Assembly: GCA_029982205.1 (NCBI GenBank)
Contig: JARRCM010000010.1
Coordinates: 2,117-66,116, forward strand
DNA from: Thermosediminibacterales bacterium
GTDB taxonomy: Bacteria; Bacillota; Thermosediminibacteria; Koleobacterales; JARRCM01
Direction of reading: 5' to 3'
DNA: 64,000 bases
In this document: positions 41,054-50,362 of the stretch, piece after piece
How positions within the stretch are numbered: the stretch's first letter is position 1
How the letters are laid out: the number at the start of each line of letters is the position of its first letter
Position numbers and translations under genes: made by a program
Notes under the pieces: model-generated
Told to the model about the DNA's origin: nothing
The model's input: the letters and a program-made list of their open reading frames with translations, nothing else
Databases searched by the model: none

Positions 41054-42041
41054 AATTTAAATATCTGGTTACTTCGTCAAATGTTACTCCTGGATGTAGA
41101 GCAACATTCAAACCACCGGCAATTAAACGGGACATATCTTCAATTAATGTATCAATTTCTTTTGGTGTTACCATAAGGTTTCCCACATATGGATATATCA
41201 CTTCGCTAATCAACTGATATTTTTCATTTTTGTCCATTCCCTGGAGCATTTTATAAAACTCACTGTTTTTTGGAGCCTGTTTTATAAATGCACCAATCAC
41301 CATATCAATAGTGTCATTTGCCATTGTAGCAGCATCTACTACAGTCGGAACACCAACTGCTACAACAGGAACACCTAAAGTTTCTTCTGTTATAGCCATT
41401 CTATTATTGTTAACACCTGAACCGGGATGAATACCGGTATCGGCTATTTGTATCGTTGTTGAAACCCTTTCCATTTTTCTTGAAGCCAGTGAATCAATTG
41501 CTATAATAAGTTCAGGTTTCACTCTGTCTACTACCCCTCGAATAATCTCTCCTGTCTCTATACCTGTAATACCAAGCACTCCCGGTGCAAGAGCACAAAC
41601 AGGCCTTACTCCTTTATCTATTTGTTCAGGAACCAGGCGGATAAGATGTCGTGTTATCAAAAGGTTTTGTACAACTCTAGGCCCTAATGCATCAGGGGTG
41701 ACGTTCCAGTTGCCAAGCCCTACTATTAAAATTGTAGATTCTTTTTGCTTTTCTTTAAGACGCGTAATTTTTTGGATTTCTTCTGCAAAATTCTTACTTA
41801 CTTCTTCCTGTAAAAGTTTATCCCTTTCCCTAAGTTTTGGTACTTCAAGGGTAATATAGTTTCCCCGAGGTTTACCCATTGTTTTCTCAGCCTCACGTGT
41901 AGTAATTTTAACTCTTGTAATAACCATATTTTTTGAGCGATCCACATCTACTTCGACCCCGGGGATTTCTTGTTTTGTCTGTTCTCTAACAATTTCCCTT
42001 GCTTCCATAGCCAGGTCTGTTCTGATACTAAACAACTTCAC
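41052..42041 (-). CDS. gpr: germination protease (spore endopeptidase)
   Basis: 329 aa. N-terminal IRTDLAMEA and GLGNWNVTPDALGP are typical of GPR. Confidence 0.93.
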   Translation of the reverse strand: MKLFSIRTDLAMEAREIVREQTKQEIPGVEVDVDRSKNMVITRVKITTREAEKTMGKPRGNYITLEVPKLRERDKLLQEEVSKNFAEEIQKITRLKEKQKESTILIVGLGNWNVTPDALGPRVVQNLLITRHLIRLVPEQIDKGVRPVCALAPGVLGITGIETGEIIRGVVDRVKPELIIAIDSLASRKMERVSTTIQIADTGIHPGSGVNNNRMAITEETLGVPVVAVGVPTVVDAATMANDTIDMVIGAFIKQAPKNSEFYKMLQGMDKNEKYQLISEVIYPYVGNLMVTPKEIDTLIEDMSRLIAGGLNVALHPGVTFDEVTRYLN

Positions 42042-42060
42042 ATCACCCCTCCCCGCTTTG

Positions 42061-42387
42061 TTACCTTAACTCGGTAGGAATAAAAGCATCAACTATACCT
42101 ATTACCAGTGAAGCTAGTAATGCTCCCCACCAGGTAACCCTAATAGTAGGTACTATAAACTGGGATAAATAAATTACAACTGCAGCTGTAATAAAACCTA
42201 CTACTCCTCTGTTTTGAGGTGATATTTTATCACCCAGCAAGCTTTCAACTATATAACCTAAAATAGCTATCACAACAGCCGATATTAAGGCACCTGTAAA
42301 ACCTGCTACGCTGAATCCAGGCAATAAATAACCAATAAACAAAAGCACCAAAGCTGAAACAATAAACCTTACAACCATTCCTATCAT
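42061..42387 (-). CDS. small 4-TM membrane protein (DUF360 / phage holin 4_2 superfamily)
   Basis: 108 aa with four hydrophobic helices. Motifs LLPGF.V.GF..A and IVDAFIP. Confidence 0.65.
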   Translation of the reverse strand: MIGMVVRFIVSALVLLFIGYLLPGFSVAGFTGALISAVVIAILGYIVESLLGDKISPQNRGVVGFITAAVVIYLSQFIVPTIRVTWWGALLASLVIGIVDAFIPTELR

Positions 42388-42475
42388 ATTTTCACACCTC
42401 CTATTATTGTTTATTAATATAGTATCCTGAATTTTTAAGAATATACAACTTCATTACAAATTCAAAGATGCTCCC

Positions 42476-42504
42476 TTGCTTTTTAATTTTTTTCATGGTA
42501 AAAT
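42476..42504 (+). promoter_or_regulatory. putative rpsT promoter
   Basis: TTGCTT (42476-81), a 17 nt spacer, then TAAAAT (42499-504). Confidence 0.5.
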
Positions 42505-42536
42505 TAGTATGCATTTATGCTAAGGAGGTGAAAGTT

Positions 42537-42809
42537 TTGCCTAATATAAAATCAGCAAAAAAAAGAGTCAAAATAATTGCAATAAGGACCAAACGAAACA
42601 GCAGTATAAAAACTAGAATCAAAACAGCAATCAAAAAATTCGAAGACACATTAAATAACGGCAATCTCGAAGATGCTAAAAATGCTCTTATCCGTGCGGT
42701 TAAGATCATTGATAAAGCCGCCGGAAAAGGAGTTATTCATAAAAATACAGCAGCCAGAAAAAAATCAAATCTTTATAAAAAATTTAACAGGCTACAAAAT
42801 GTTGGATAA
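42537..42809 (+). CDS. rpsT: 30S ribosomal protein S20
   Basis: TTG start at 42537, 8 nt after AAGGAGGTG. The product begins (M)PNIKSAKKRVK. The ORF-track N-terminal extension is spurious. Confidence 0.93.
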   Translation: MPNIKSAKKRVKIIAIRTKRNSSIKTRIKTAIKKFEDTLNNGNLEDAKNALIRAVKIIDKAAGKGVIHKNTAARKKSNLYKKFNRLQNVG

Positions 42810-42813
42810 TTTA

Positions 42814-42839
42814 AGCGTAGGGAAACTACGCTTTTTTTA
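42814..42839 (+). terminator. rho-independent terminator after rpsT
   Basis: AGCGTAG-GGAAA-CTACGCT followed by TTTTTTT. Confidence 0.85.
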
Positions 42840-42958
42840 TTTCTTAGCAAAGTATACAAGTTTACAATTACGCTTTTTCAAGTTTTTTCCACTAATAATT
42901 TAAAACAACTTGTTAAATAATATTATCGGCTGGTAAATAATTAAAAGGAGGTGAAACT

Positions 42959-43447
42959 TTGGACAAAATCCAACAATTAGAACAGCAGATTCAACAGGTG
43001 CATCAGACTATTAATCAAATCAACCAGATGGTCAATCAAATGTCGCGTTCTGAACAGAACAATATAACCCAACTTCAGCAACTACAACAGGCTGAAAGAA
43101 ATGCAACACAACAGCTGCAAGCTTTACAGCAAATGTGTAATACCATAAGCCAAAACCTGAACCAACTAAGTAATGTAACACGTCAGATAGAATCCCAGGT
43201 TATGCAGGTTCAACAAGCAAAACAGCAACAGCAGTTTGCAATGCCGGGAGGATTCCAGCAACAGTATACGGCTCCTCAATATACTGCTCAATATACTAGT
43301 GGAGTTCGCACAACCACCACACCACAACAGACGTTCCCTACTTACGGTGCCGGTGGAAGCCAATATGGTCAAAATAATGTAGAAACTCCTAAAAATGTAA
43401 GCCCTCAATTTGAAAATCCGTGGGCTACTAAATGGGGAACATATTAG
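42959..43447 (+). CDS. Q/N-rich coiled-coil protein, function unknown
   Basis: 162 aa. TTG start lies 5 nt after AAGGAGGTG. The N-terminal ~95 aa are heptad-like and Q-rich (QQLEQQIQQVHQTINQINQM). The C-terminal part is a Q/T/Y/G low-complexity tail. Confidence 0.6.
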   Translation: MDKIQQLEQQIQQVHQTINQINQMVNQMSRSEQNNITQLQQLQQAERNATQQLQALQQMCNTISQNLNQLSNVTRQIESQVMQVQQAKQQQQFAMPGGFQQQYTAPQYTAQYTSGVRTTTTPQQTFPTYGAGGSQYGQNNVETPKNVSPQFENPWATKWGTY

Positions 43448-43456
43448 TAATAATTT

Positions 43457-43499
43457 AATAAGAGTATTTAAGGGAACAATTCCCTTAAATACTCTTATT
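43457..43499. terminator. ~20-bp perfect hairpin, bidirectional terminator between the Q-rich gene and holA
   Basis: AATAAGAGTATTTAAGGGA-(ACAA)-TCCCTTAAATACTCTTATT. The right arm contains the holA stop codon. Confidence 0.7.
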
Positions 43500-44504
43500 T
43501 TCATTAAAACAGTATTTTGATATTATAATCTCAAGGCCTAATTTGCCATCAATTTTGCCCTGTTTTAAAGAATAATCTATATCAAAACAAAATTCCAGAG
43601 CCTTTTTTAAACTTTCAAAACTAAAGTTTTTACCCTGACTGAGAACTTTTTTAAGAACAAAAGGATGTATTTTTACCTGTGATTGAATTTCTTTAAACGA
43701 TTTTCCTTTCCTTGACAAAAGTTTAACCAAATATATCAATCTTAACTGCCGTATAATCATAAACAATATCATTAAAGGCTGTTCCCCTGTCAAAACCATA
43801 TTGTTAACCATACTTATAGCTTTTGATGCATCTTTTTCGCCAACCGCATCTACAAGGTCAAAAATTTGAGATTGAGCAGCTAGTTCCGTAACAGATTTAA
43901 GATTATTTATTGTTATATTTTCATTCTCTCCACTATAAGCAACAATTTTTTCAATTTCGGAATTGATTTTTTCCATACTGTCATTTAAACTTGCACTTAA
44001 TATATCAACAACCTCTGGATCACATGTTTTGCCAAGTTTTTTGAATTTATTTTTGATCCATTGATTAAGTTTCTGGCCTTTAAGGGGTTTGAATTCCACA
44101 ACTTCTCCATAACTGCTTAGGATTTTGTATATTTTGTTTCTTTTATCTATTTCTTGTGCAATTAAAACAAGGCAAGTGTGTTCGGGAATCTTTCCTAAGT
44201 AGTCACAAAACCTATCAAAATTAAACCCATTATTATTTTTTTTGTTAAAAACAATGTCTTTTACTATCAAAAGCCTTTTACCTGATAAAAAAGGCAGTGT
44301 TTCACAAGCCTTTATTATTTTCATATCATCAGCCGTCTTACCGTCAATAACTTCTATATTTACGTCTTTGAGTTCTTCTGGCACTAATTTATTTTTAAGT
44401 ATTTTTAATGTTTCTCTTATCATAAACGATTCTTTTCCAGTGAAAAGATACAGTTTTTCTATATTCCCTTTTTGAATGTTTTTTATAAATTTTAAACAGT
44501 CCAT
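43485..44504 (-). CDS. holA: DNA polymerase III delta subunit
   Basis: 339 aa. N-terminal YLF.G.E clamp-loader fold motif, and position between comEC and rpsT as in B. subtilis (yqeN). Confidence 0.85.
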   Translation of the reverse strand: MDCLKFIKNIQKGNIEKLYLFTGKESFMIRETLKILKNKLVPEELKDVNIEVIDGKTADDMKIIKACETLPFLSGKRLLIVKDIVFNKKNNNGFNFDRFCDYLGKIPEHTCLVLIAQEIDKRNKIYKILSSYGEVVEFKPLKGQKLNQWIKNKFKKLGKTCDPEVVDILSASLNDSMEKINSEIEKIVAYSGENENITINNLKSVTELAAQSQIFDLVDAVGEKDASKAISMVNNMVLTGEQPLMILFMIIRQLRLIYLVKLLSRKGKSFKEIQSQVKIHPFVLKKVLSQGKNFSFESLKKALEFCFDIDYSLKQGKIDGKLGLEIIISKYCFNENKSI

Positions 44505-44507
44505 TTT

Positions 44508-46919
44508 TTATTCCCCTGTTCTAATTTCATGATTGTTATTCTTTATTTTTATTACCGTATCAAAACTTATCCTTTTACCATCAGTTTTCATTATTACAGC
44601 TCCATCCCGGTCGGTTCTGAAAATCTTAATGCCCCTTGCTTTTAATCTTTCCACTACTTCTTCATCTGGATGGCCAAACCTGTTGTTTAGGCCTACAGAA
44701 ATAACCGCCCAATCAGGCTGTATTTTGTCTAGAAACTTTTCTGAAGTTGATGTCTTGCTACCATGATGAGCAACTTTTAACACATCTGATTGAATTGGAA
44801 AGTTTGAATTTAAAATATATTCTTCCCCCTCTGATTCCAGATCACCCGTAAACAGGATTTCCACATCTTCATAAATCATTCTTAAAACAAGTGAACTGTT
44901 GTTTATATTTTTTTCAGCTTCTTTTGAACAACCCCAGTTCTCAGGAGGATAAATGGTTTCAAGGATTATTCCATGGTCCAGTATAATGTTTTCCCCTGCC
45001 CATATGTGATAGAGGGGTACGCCTTTATTTTTTAATTCTGAAATAAATTCCAAAAAACTATCTGTAGGTTCATTATAAGGCCCTAAAAATACTGACTCCA
45101 CCTTCATACACCTGACAACAGGAATAAGACCTTTAAGGTGATCATCATGGCTGTGAGTCAAAAAGATACCGTCCAGTTTTTTTATCCCTTTACGCTTGAG
45201 GAAAGGAATGAGAACATCTTCCCCGATACTGAAATCTCCAGAATAATAGTCAGGCAAACCTCCTCCATCTATCATAAAGGTTTTATGACCCGGTGTCTGA
45301 ATAAAAATAGAGTCTCCTTCACCTACATCTAAAAAAACAACCTCTATTTCATCAAAAGGGGTTAACACAAACCCCCATATAATCGAGTTTAATACAATCA
45401 AAACGGTAATAACGGCAACTTTTTTAAAGTTTTGGACTGGTAATTTTTCCCATGATTTTCCGACAATAGCTAATATTAATAAATAATACAACAAAATACT
45501 CAACGGAGATGGTGCAGGCAAATCCACAGTGGAATACGGAAGATCCGAAAGCACTTTTGCCATATAAACCATATAATCCAGCAGAACATCGTTGACTTTA
45601 TTTAACGGTAAAACAACAAAATGATGAATTTGCCCTAAAACAGCTGAAAAAAAACCAATACCAACTATCAAGCCCACCACAGGGACAATAAGCAGATTAG
45701 TAACAACTGAAACAAGAGACACAGTATTGAAATAATATAATGTTAATGGCAATACACCTAATTGAGCTGCTGTTGTTACACTTACAAGACCCCGGATTTT
45801 TTCAGGCAAAAACCTAAATAAGCTGTTTATATATGAAAATAAAAATATTATACCAAAAGTCGCTGCAAACGATAACTGAAAACCTATTGAAAAAAGAGAC
45901 ATAGGGTTAAAAACAAGAATAACGAGCCCTGCAAGGGAAAGGCTAGTTAACATGTCAGTTTGTCTCAAGCTATATCTTCCCAAAACAGTCATTCCTGCCA
46001 TTATTCCTGCCCTTATCACTGATGGCCGAGCTCCTGTAATAAATACATAACAGAATATCCCTAAAAGAATTAAACATACCTTTAAATATTCACTTCTAAT
46101 TTTGAGTTTGCCGAAAAGCCAGTAGAAGATTGCAGTAATAAACCAAACATGAAGACCTGATACTGCCAAGATATGAATTATACCGGCATCAGCAAAACAA
46201 CTATACACTTTTTCTGAAATGTTCGATTTTAAACCAAAAAGTATACCATTTAATATCGCGGCATTTTCTGATTTTACACCAGTAGTTACAGCGGCACTTA
46301 ATCTGTCTCTAAGTTTAAACATTATACCCTTAAAAAAGCCTAATTCATTCCTGCCTAGAAGTTCTGTATTAAAATCCCTTGTATAAACCATCAAAGAAAT
46401 ACCTCTTTGAAAAAGAAAATCACTATAATTAAATCCTCCTGGATTACGCTGCCCGCTGGGTTCGCAAAGCTTTCCCTTAATCTTTATCAGGTCACCAAAA
46501 CGATACATATTGTTTTTTTGAAAATCAGTTATTTTAACCGTAACTCTTACTCTTCCGCTTACTTCTAGACTTTTTCTTCCAATCTCTACCTTTTGTGTTT
46601 GAAGGGTATAAACAACCCTATCTTTTTTAAAAACCGGGTCTTCACATATGATTCCTTCTAATACAACATCTTTCCCTACAAATTCTATAATACTGCCTGT
46701 GTTAATATATGAATGAAAAACGAAAGACATAATTCCTGTTAAAAAAATCAGTATCAAGAAAAAAGGCTTAGAGTTAAGCCTCTTGTATAACATAATCCCT
46801 GTTAATACAGCTAAAATTACAGTTCCCAAAAACACCTGAAATAATTCCAGATTGAAGACTTTCCCAAATACTATTCCTAAAGAATATACTATTGCCAGAT
46901 ACAGAAAAGGGCGCCGCAT
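44508..46919 (-). CDS. comEC: DNA internalization competence protein ComEC/Rec2
   Basis: 803 aa. Multi-TM competence domain and a C-terminal metallo-beta-lactamase domain (LTHSHDDH, VAHHGS). Confidence 0.93.
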   Translation of the reverse strand: MRRPFLYLAIVYSLGIVFGKVFNLELFQVFLGTVILAVLTGIMLYKRLNSKPFFLILIFLTGIMSFVFHSYINTGSIIEFVGKDVVLEGIICEDPVFKKDRVVYTLQTQKVEIGRKSLEVSGRVRVTVKITDFQKNNMYRFGDLIKIKGKLCEPSGQRNPGGFNYSDFLFQRGISLMVYTRDFNTELLGRNELGFFKGIMFKLRDRLSAAVTTGVKSENAAILNGILFGLKSNISEKVYSCFADAGIIHILAVSGLHVWFITAIFYWLFGKLKIRSEYLKVCLILLGIFCYVFITGARPSVIRAGIMAGMTVLGRYSLRQTDMLTSLSLAGLVILVFNPMSLFSIGFQLSFAATFGIIFLFSYINSLFRFLPEKIRGLVSVTTAAQLGVLPLTLYYFNTVSLVSVVTNLLIVPVVGLIVGIGFFSAVLGQIHHFVVLPLNKVNDVLLDYMVYMAKVLSDLPYSTVDLPAPSPLSILLYYLLILAIVGKSWEKLPVQNFKKVAVITVLIVLNSIIWGFVLTPFDEIEVVFLDVGEGDSIFIQTPGHKTFMIDGGGLPDYYSGDFSIGEDVLIPFLKRKGIKKLDGIFLTHSHDDHLKGLIPVVRCMKVESVFLGPYNEPTDSFLEFISELKNKGVPLYHIWAGENIILDHGIILETIYPPENWGCSKEAEKNINNSSLVLRMIYEDVEILFTGDLESEGEEYILNSNFPIQSDVLKVAHHGSKTSTSEKFLDKIQPDWAVISVGLNNRFGHPDEEVVERLKARGIKIFRTDRDGAVIMKTDGKRISFDTVIKIKNNNHEIRTGE

Positions 46920-47016
46920 GGTTTCTTCACCTAAATTTGACCAAATTTCTTTCTATATTAAATTATAACAAAAATATATTTCCTCTGTAACCGTATTATT
47001 TTTTTCAAGTTTATCA

Positions 47017-47049
47017 AGAAAAAAAACAAGGTCAGTAAAAGACCTTGTT
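47017..47049 (-). terminator. rho-independent terminator after the 67-aa ORF
   Basis: Minus strand has AACAAGGTC-TTTTACT-GACCTTGTT followed by TTTTTTTT. Confidence 0.75.
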
Positions 47050-47064
47050 ACTCAAAATTCCTTT

Positions 47065-47268
47065 TTATTTCACAAGATAATAACATGCATCTAATTCATC
47101 TTCTGAAGCACTGGGAAGCCGTGCTCTAAGTTCATTCACGACTTCATTGTCTATTTTTATATGTTTATCTCCTAAAATTCTAGCACAAACGCTTTTGCTT
47201 GCAATAGTATCTTTATAATGATCCACAAAGGATACGATTTCCTCTATTTTTTGATCACGGTTTATCAA
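47065..47268 (-). CDS. hypothetical 67-aa protein
   Basis: Stand-alone ORF with its own terminator. It has no recognisable motif. Coding status is inferred only from the ORF and the terminator. Confidence 0.4.
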   Translation of the reverse strand: MINRDQKIEEIVSFVDHYKDTIASKSVCARILGDKHIKIDNEVVNELRARLPSASEDELDACYYLVK

Positions 47269-47483
47269 ATATTTTCCTCCCTTCTTAAGGAATATTAAGG
47301 AATATTATTGTTTTTTCTTATTATCCTAAAAGAAAAAGGTTTTTATACAAATAAAACTCTAAATCAATTTAGGAAAGATTCGTTTTTAAAAACTTATTAT
47401 ACTTCAGGAATATTTTAAAACGCTTGGTCTTTTTGCTATAATATAAATTGTTTACGTTTTTATTGCATGCAGGAGGTCGTTAT

Positions 47484-48725
47484 ATGAGATATGAAAAAAT
47501 GTCATTTTTTTTAATTGTAATGATAGCAGCATTTTCTTTCTCAAATTATACTGTTGCAGCTGCAACTCCAATTATTACTGGTCAAGCAGCTGTTTTAATA
47601 GATGCAGACAACGGACAAATCTTATATGAAAAAAATTCTGACAAACGTATGTTTCCAGCAAGCACCACAAAAATCATGACAGCAATCCTTGCCCTAGAAA
47701 ACGGAAAACTAACAGATAAAATAAAAGCAGGACCGGAAATATATGAAACATACGGCACAAGACTCTATCTTGAAGAAGGAGAAGAACTAACACTAGAACA
47801 ACTGCTTTATGGTCTTCTCCTACGGTCTGCAAATGATGCTGCAGCTGTTATCGCCAAATATATCGGAGGTTCTATAGAAAACTTTGCAAGAATGATGAAT
47901 GAAAAAGCTAAAGAAATTGGATGCACTAATACAAATTTTGTAAACCCTCATGGCCTGCATGATGAAAACCACTATACTACCGCTAAAGACCTTGCAATTA
48001 TAGCAAAATATGCCATGAAAATACCTGAGTTTAGAAAAATAGTAGCAACAAAATCAAAGGTGATTCCCTGGCCGGGCAAAGAATACGATAGACAGCTATA
48101 CAACGGTAACAAACTCCTGGAACAATACGAGGGAGCTGATGGTGTTAAAACAGGATATACCAGCCAAGCTCAACAAACTTTAGTTGCATCAGCCACCCGA
48201 GACGGCCACAGGCTTATTGCTGTGGTGCTGAAATCCCAGGGGAAAAATATATGGTCAGATGCTAAGGCGCTCCTCGACTATGGTTTTAGCAACTTCGTTT
48301 TCATGGATATTATAGATTCCAAAGAAACCGTTACAACAATAGATGTGAAATATGGCGGCAGGCTTCCCCTTGTAACAGAAAAAGATTTTAAATATACCAT
48401 GCCTAAAGATATTCATGGAAACATTGAAGAAAAAATAGTTATAAAGAATGATGTTGTTGCACCAATAAAAAAAGGACAGGTTATGGGAGAAATTCAATAT
48501 ACTATAAATGGTCAGGTCATAGGAAGGGTTAATCTATTGGCAAAAAAATCTATAGCACGAAAAATTTATACTTATTGGTGGTTCTGGCCTTTTATAATAT
48601 TTACTCCGTTAATTTGTTTGTTTGTTATTCTTTCAATTTATAACAAGCAAAAAAGATTAAGATATAAAAACCGTTACCAATATATTTCCTTACAACGGTG
48701 GTATTATAATAATCGTTGGAAATAA
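47484..48725 (+). CDS. D-alanyl-D-alanine carboxypeptidase (S11 family, DacB/DacF-like)
   Basis: Motifs SxxK (ASTTK), SxN (SANDAA) and KTG (KTGYT), with a signal peptide and a C-terminal membrane anchor. I place the start at the ATG at 47484, 7 nt after AGGAGG. Confidence 0.9.
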   Translation: MRYEKMSFFLIVMIAAFSFSNYTVAAATPIITGQAAVLIDADNGQILYEKNSDKRMFPASTTKIMTAILALENGKLTDKIKAGPEIYETYGTRLYLEEGEELTLEQLLYGLLLRSANDAAAVIAKYIGGSIENFARMMNEKAKEIGCTNTNFVNPHGLHDENHYTTAKDLAIIAKYAMKIPEFRKIVATKSKVIPWPGKEYDRQLYNGNKLLEQYEGADGVKTGYTSQAQQTLVASATRDGHRLIAVVLKSQGKNIWSDAKALLDYGFSNFVFMDIIDSKETVTTIDVKYGGRLPLVTEKDFKYTMPKDIHGNIEEKIVIKNDVVAPIKKGQVMGEIQYTINGQVIGRVNLLAKKSIARKIYTYWWFWPFIIFTPLICLFVILSIYNKQKRLRYKNRYQYISLQRWYYNNRWK

Positions 48726-48728
48726 AAA

Positions 48729-48761
48729 GGGAGTGTAAACAACACAAATCATTTACACTCC
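48729..48761 (+). terminator. possible terminator after the carboxypeptidase gene
   Basis: GGAGTGTAAA pairs with TTTACACTCC across a 12-nt loop. The T-run comes only about 12 nt later. Confidence 0.4.
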
Positions 48762-48889
48762 TCACAAAGTTTATTTTTTTGGTAAAAGTGTACTTTTAAC
48801 CGTTAATACTGTCAGTAGTATTTATGTTTCAAACAAAAATTCTCCCAGATATTTTTTGAAAACACCATTAAAATCAAACTCTTATAGGA

Positions 48890-49412
48890 TTATATTTTTG
48901 CAACTTGAGTATGCAAAGGTACAACATTAGTAGCTATTAATAAACCTATACCTATAACAATAGAGCCGATAATAACAGATCTAAAGACATTCCCCCTTGC
49001 AATAGGGGCAACCATTGCTACCATGAAAGGTATAGTAGCTAAATCTCCAAAAGGCAGAACATTGTTCCCCGGTATGATTAGTGCCAGAATTATCGTTATT
49101 GGCACCAGCATAAGAGCTATTGCTATGGCTGCAGGATAACCGATAGCTACTGCTGAATCGAGACCAAAATATAAAATTCCTGCCCAGCAAAACGTTTTTG
49201 CATAAAATCTCTCACTACTTCAAATACAGCAATAAGACGTTCTATCAAAATTTTTACCATTCTAGGCATTAATAGCATTACACCAACCATAGACATTCCT
49301 AAAATAAGTGTTCCTTTAAAATCATAACCAACCAACAAACCGAGAATCAATCCCATAAAACAAACAAAAATTATACCACAAATGGTATAAAAAGTGGCAA
49401 ATCCGATAAAAA
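48890..49412 (-). pseudogene. PTS galactitol-type EIIC (GatC-like) remnant
   Basis: Two frames joined by one frameshift near 49150 encode GLILGLLVGYDFKG..LLMPRMVK..FAGQEFYI / GLDSAV..PGNNVLPFGDLATIPFMVAMV..RGNVFRS. This matches only the C-terminal third of my recollection of E. coli GatC. The N-terminal two thirds and the extreme C-terminus are absent. Confidence 0.75.
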
Positions 49413-49607
49413 CTTAATAAATAAAGTGTTCTGGATGTCTATAACTTTTCCTTCCGACAATTTATGCCAGAGGTTGAACTTATATAATAAAACAGGTATA
49501 AAAAGTATAAACCGCAAACTAACATTGCGGTCAAGGTATTAACGTATAACAATACACAGATTCAGGTTAAATATTGAATGTGGATAGAAGAAGATTGGTT
49601 ACATCAG

Positions 49608-50285
49608 TCAAAGAATACGCGAAAATAAAAAAGAGAGCAAAACCTTTGAAACAGCCAAAAATTGACGGCCTCGATGGATAAATCCAGATAAATTCCTTTT
49701 TGTCTCTCGATGAGTCATATTCACTTCTACTTCTTTAATTCTAAAACCACCCATTGCTGCTTTTAAAGTAATCCCCACTTCAGCGCCAAAACCTGACGGT
49801 ATACTGCCAATAAATTGAATGGTTTCCCATGTCATTGCTCTTTGGCCCGAAAGGGGTGAAGAAAAAGTAATCCCTGTAAAAAGTTTCAACCCTGTTTTCG
49901 CAAGAAATTTAACAAAACCAAATCCGCCACGAATTTTTGGTGGCGGAAATTTAGCTATCGTAATATCAGCTTTACCATCTATTAAAGGTAATATTAATTT
50001 TTCTATTTCGTGTGAAGTTGTTCCTACATCACCATCTAAAAATACGACTATATCAGCCTTTCTAATCACTTGTAATCCTTTGTTAAGAGCTTTTCCTTTA
50101 CCCATATTTTTTGAGTGGCGAACAACTTCAACACCACAGCTTTCTGCAATCGCAGAAGTTTCATCTGTAGAACCATCATCAACTACTATAACTCGATTGA
50201 CCATCTCAACTTGTTTTATACCCTGGATTGTTTCAGCTATGGTTTTTGCTTCATTAAATGCAGGAATAATTACTGCCACATTCAT
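49608..50285 (-). CDS. family 2 glycosyltransferase
   Basis: 225 aa. GT-A fold signatures VAVIIPAFNE, VVDDGSTDET and LDGD. Confidence 0.85.
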   Translation of the reverse strand: MNVAVIIPAFNEAKTIAETIQGIKQVEMVNRVIVVDDGSTDETSAIAESCGVEVVRHSKNMGKGKALNKGLQVIRKADIVVFLDGDVGTTSHEIEKLILPLIDGKADITIAKFPPPKIRGGFGFVKFLAKTGLKLFTGITFSSPLSGQRAMTWETIQFIGSIPSGFGAEVGITLKAAMGGFRIKEVEVNMTHRETKRNLSGFIHRGRQFLAVSKVLLSFLFSRIL

Positions 50286-50362
50286 AGAGCTTCCTCCTAC
50301 TGTATCCTTTATATATATATTTTATCCTTCAAAGAAATTTTCTATTATTGTTTCGTTAAAGA

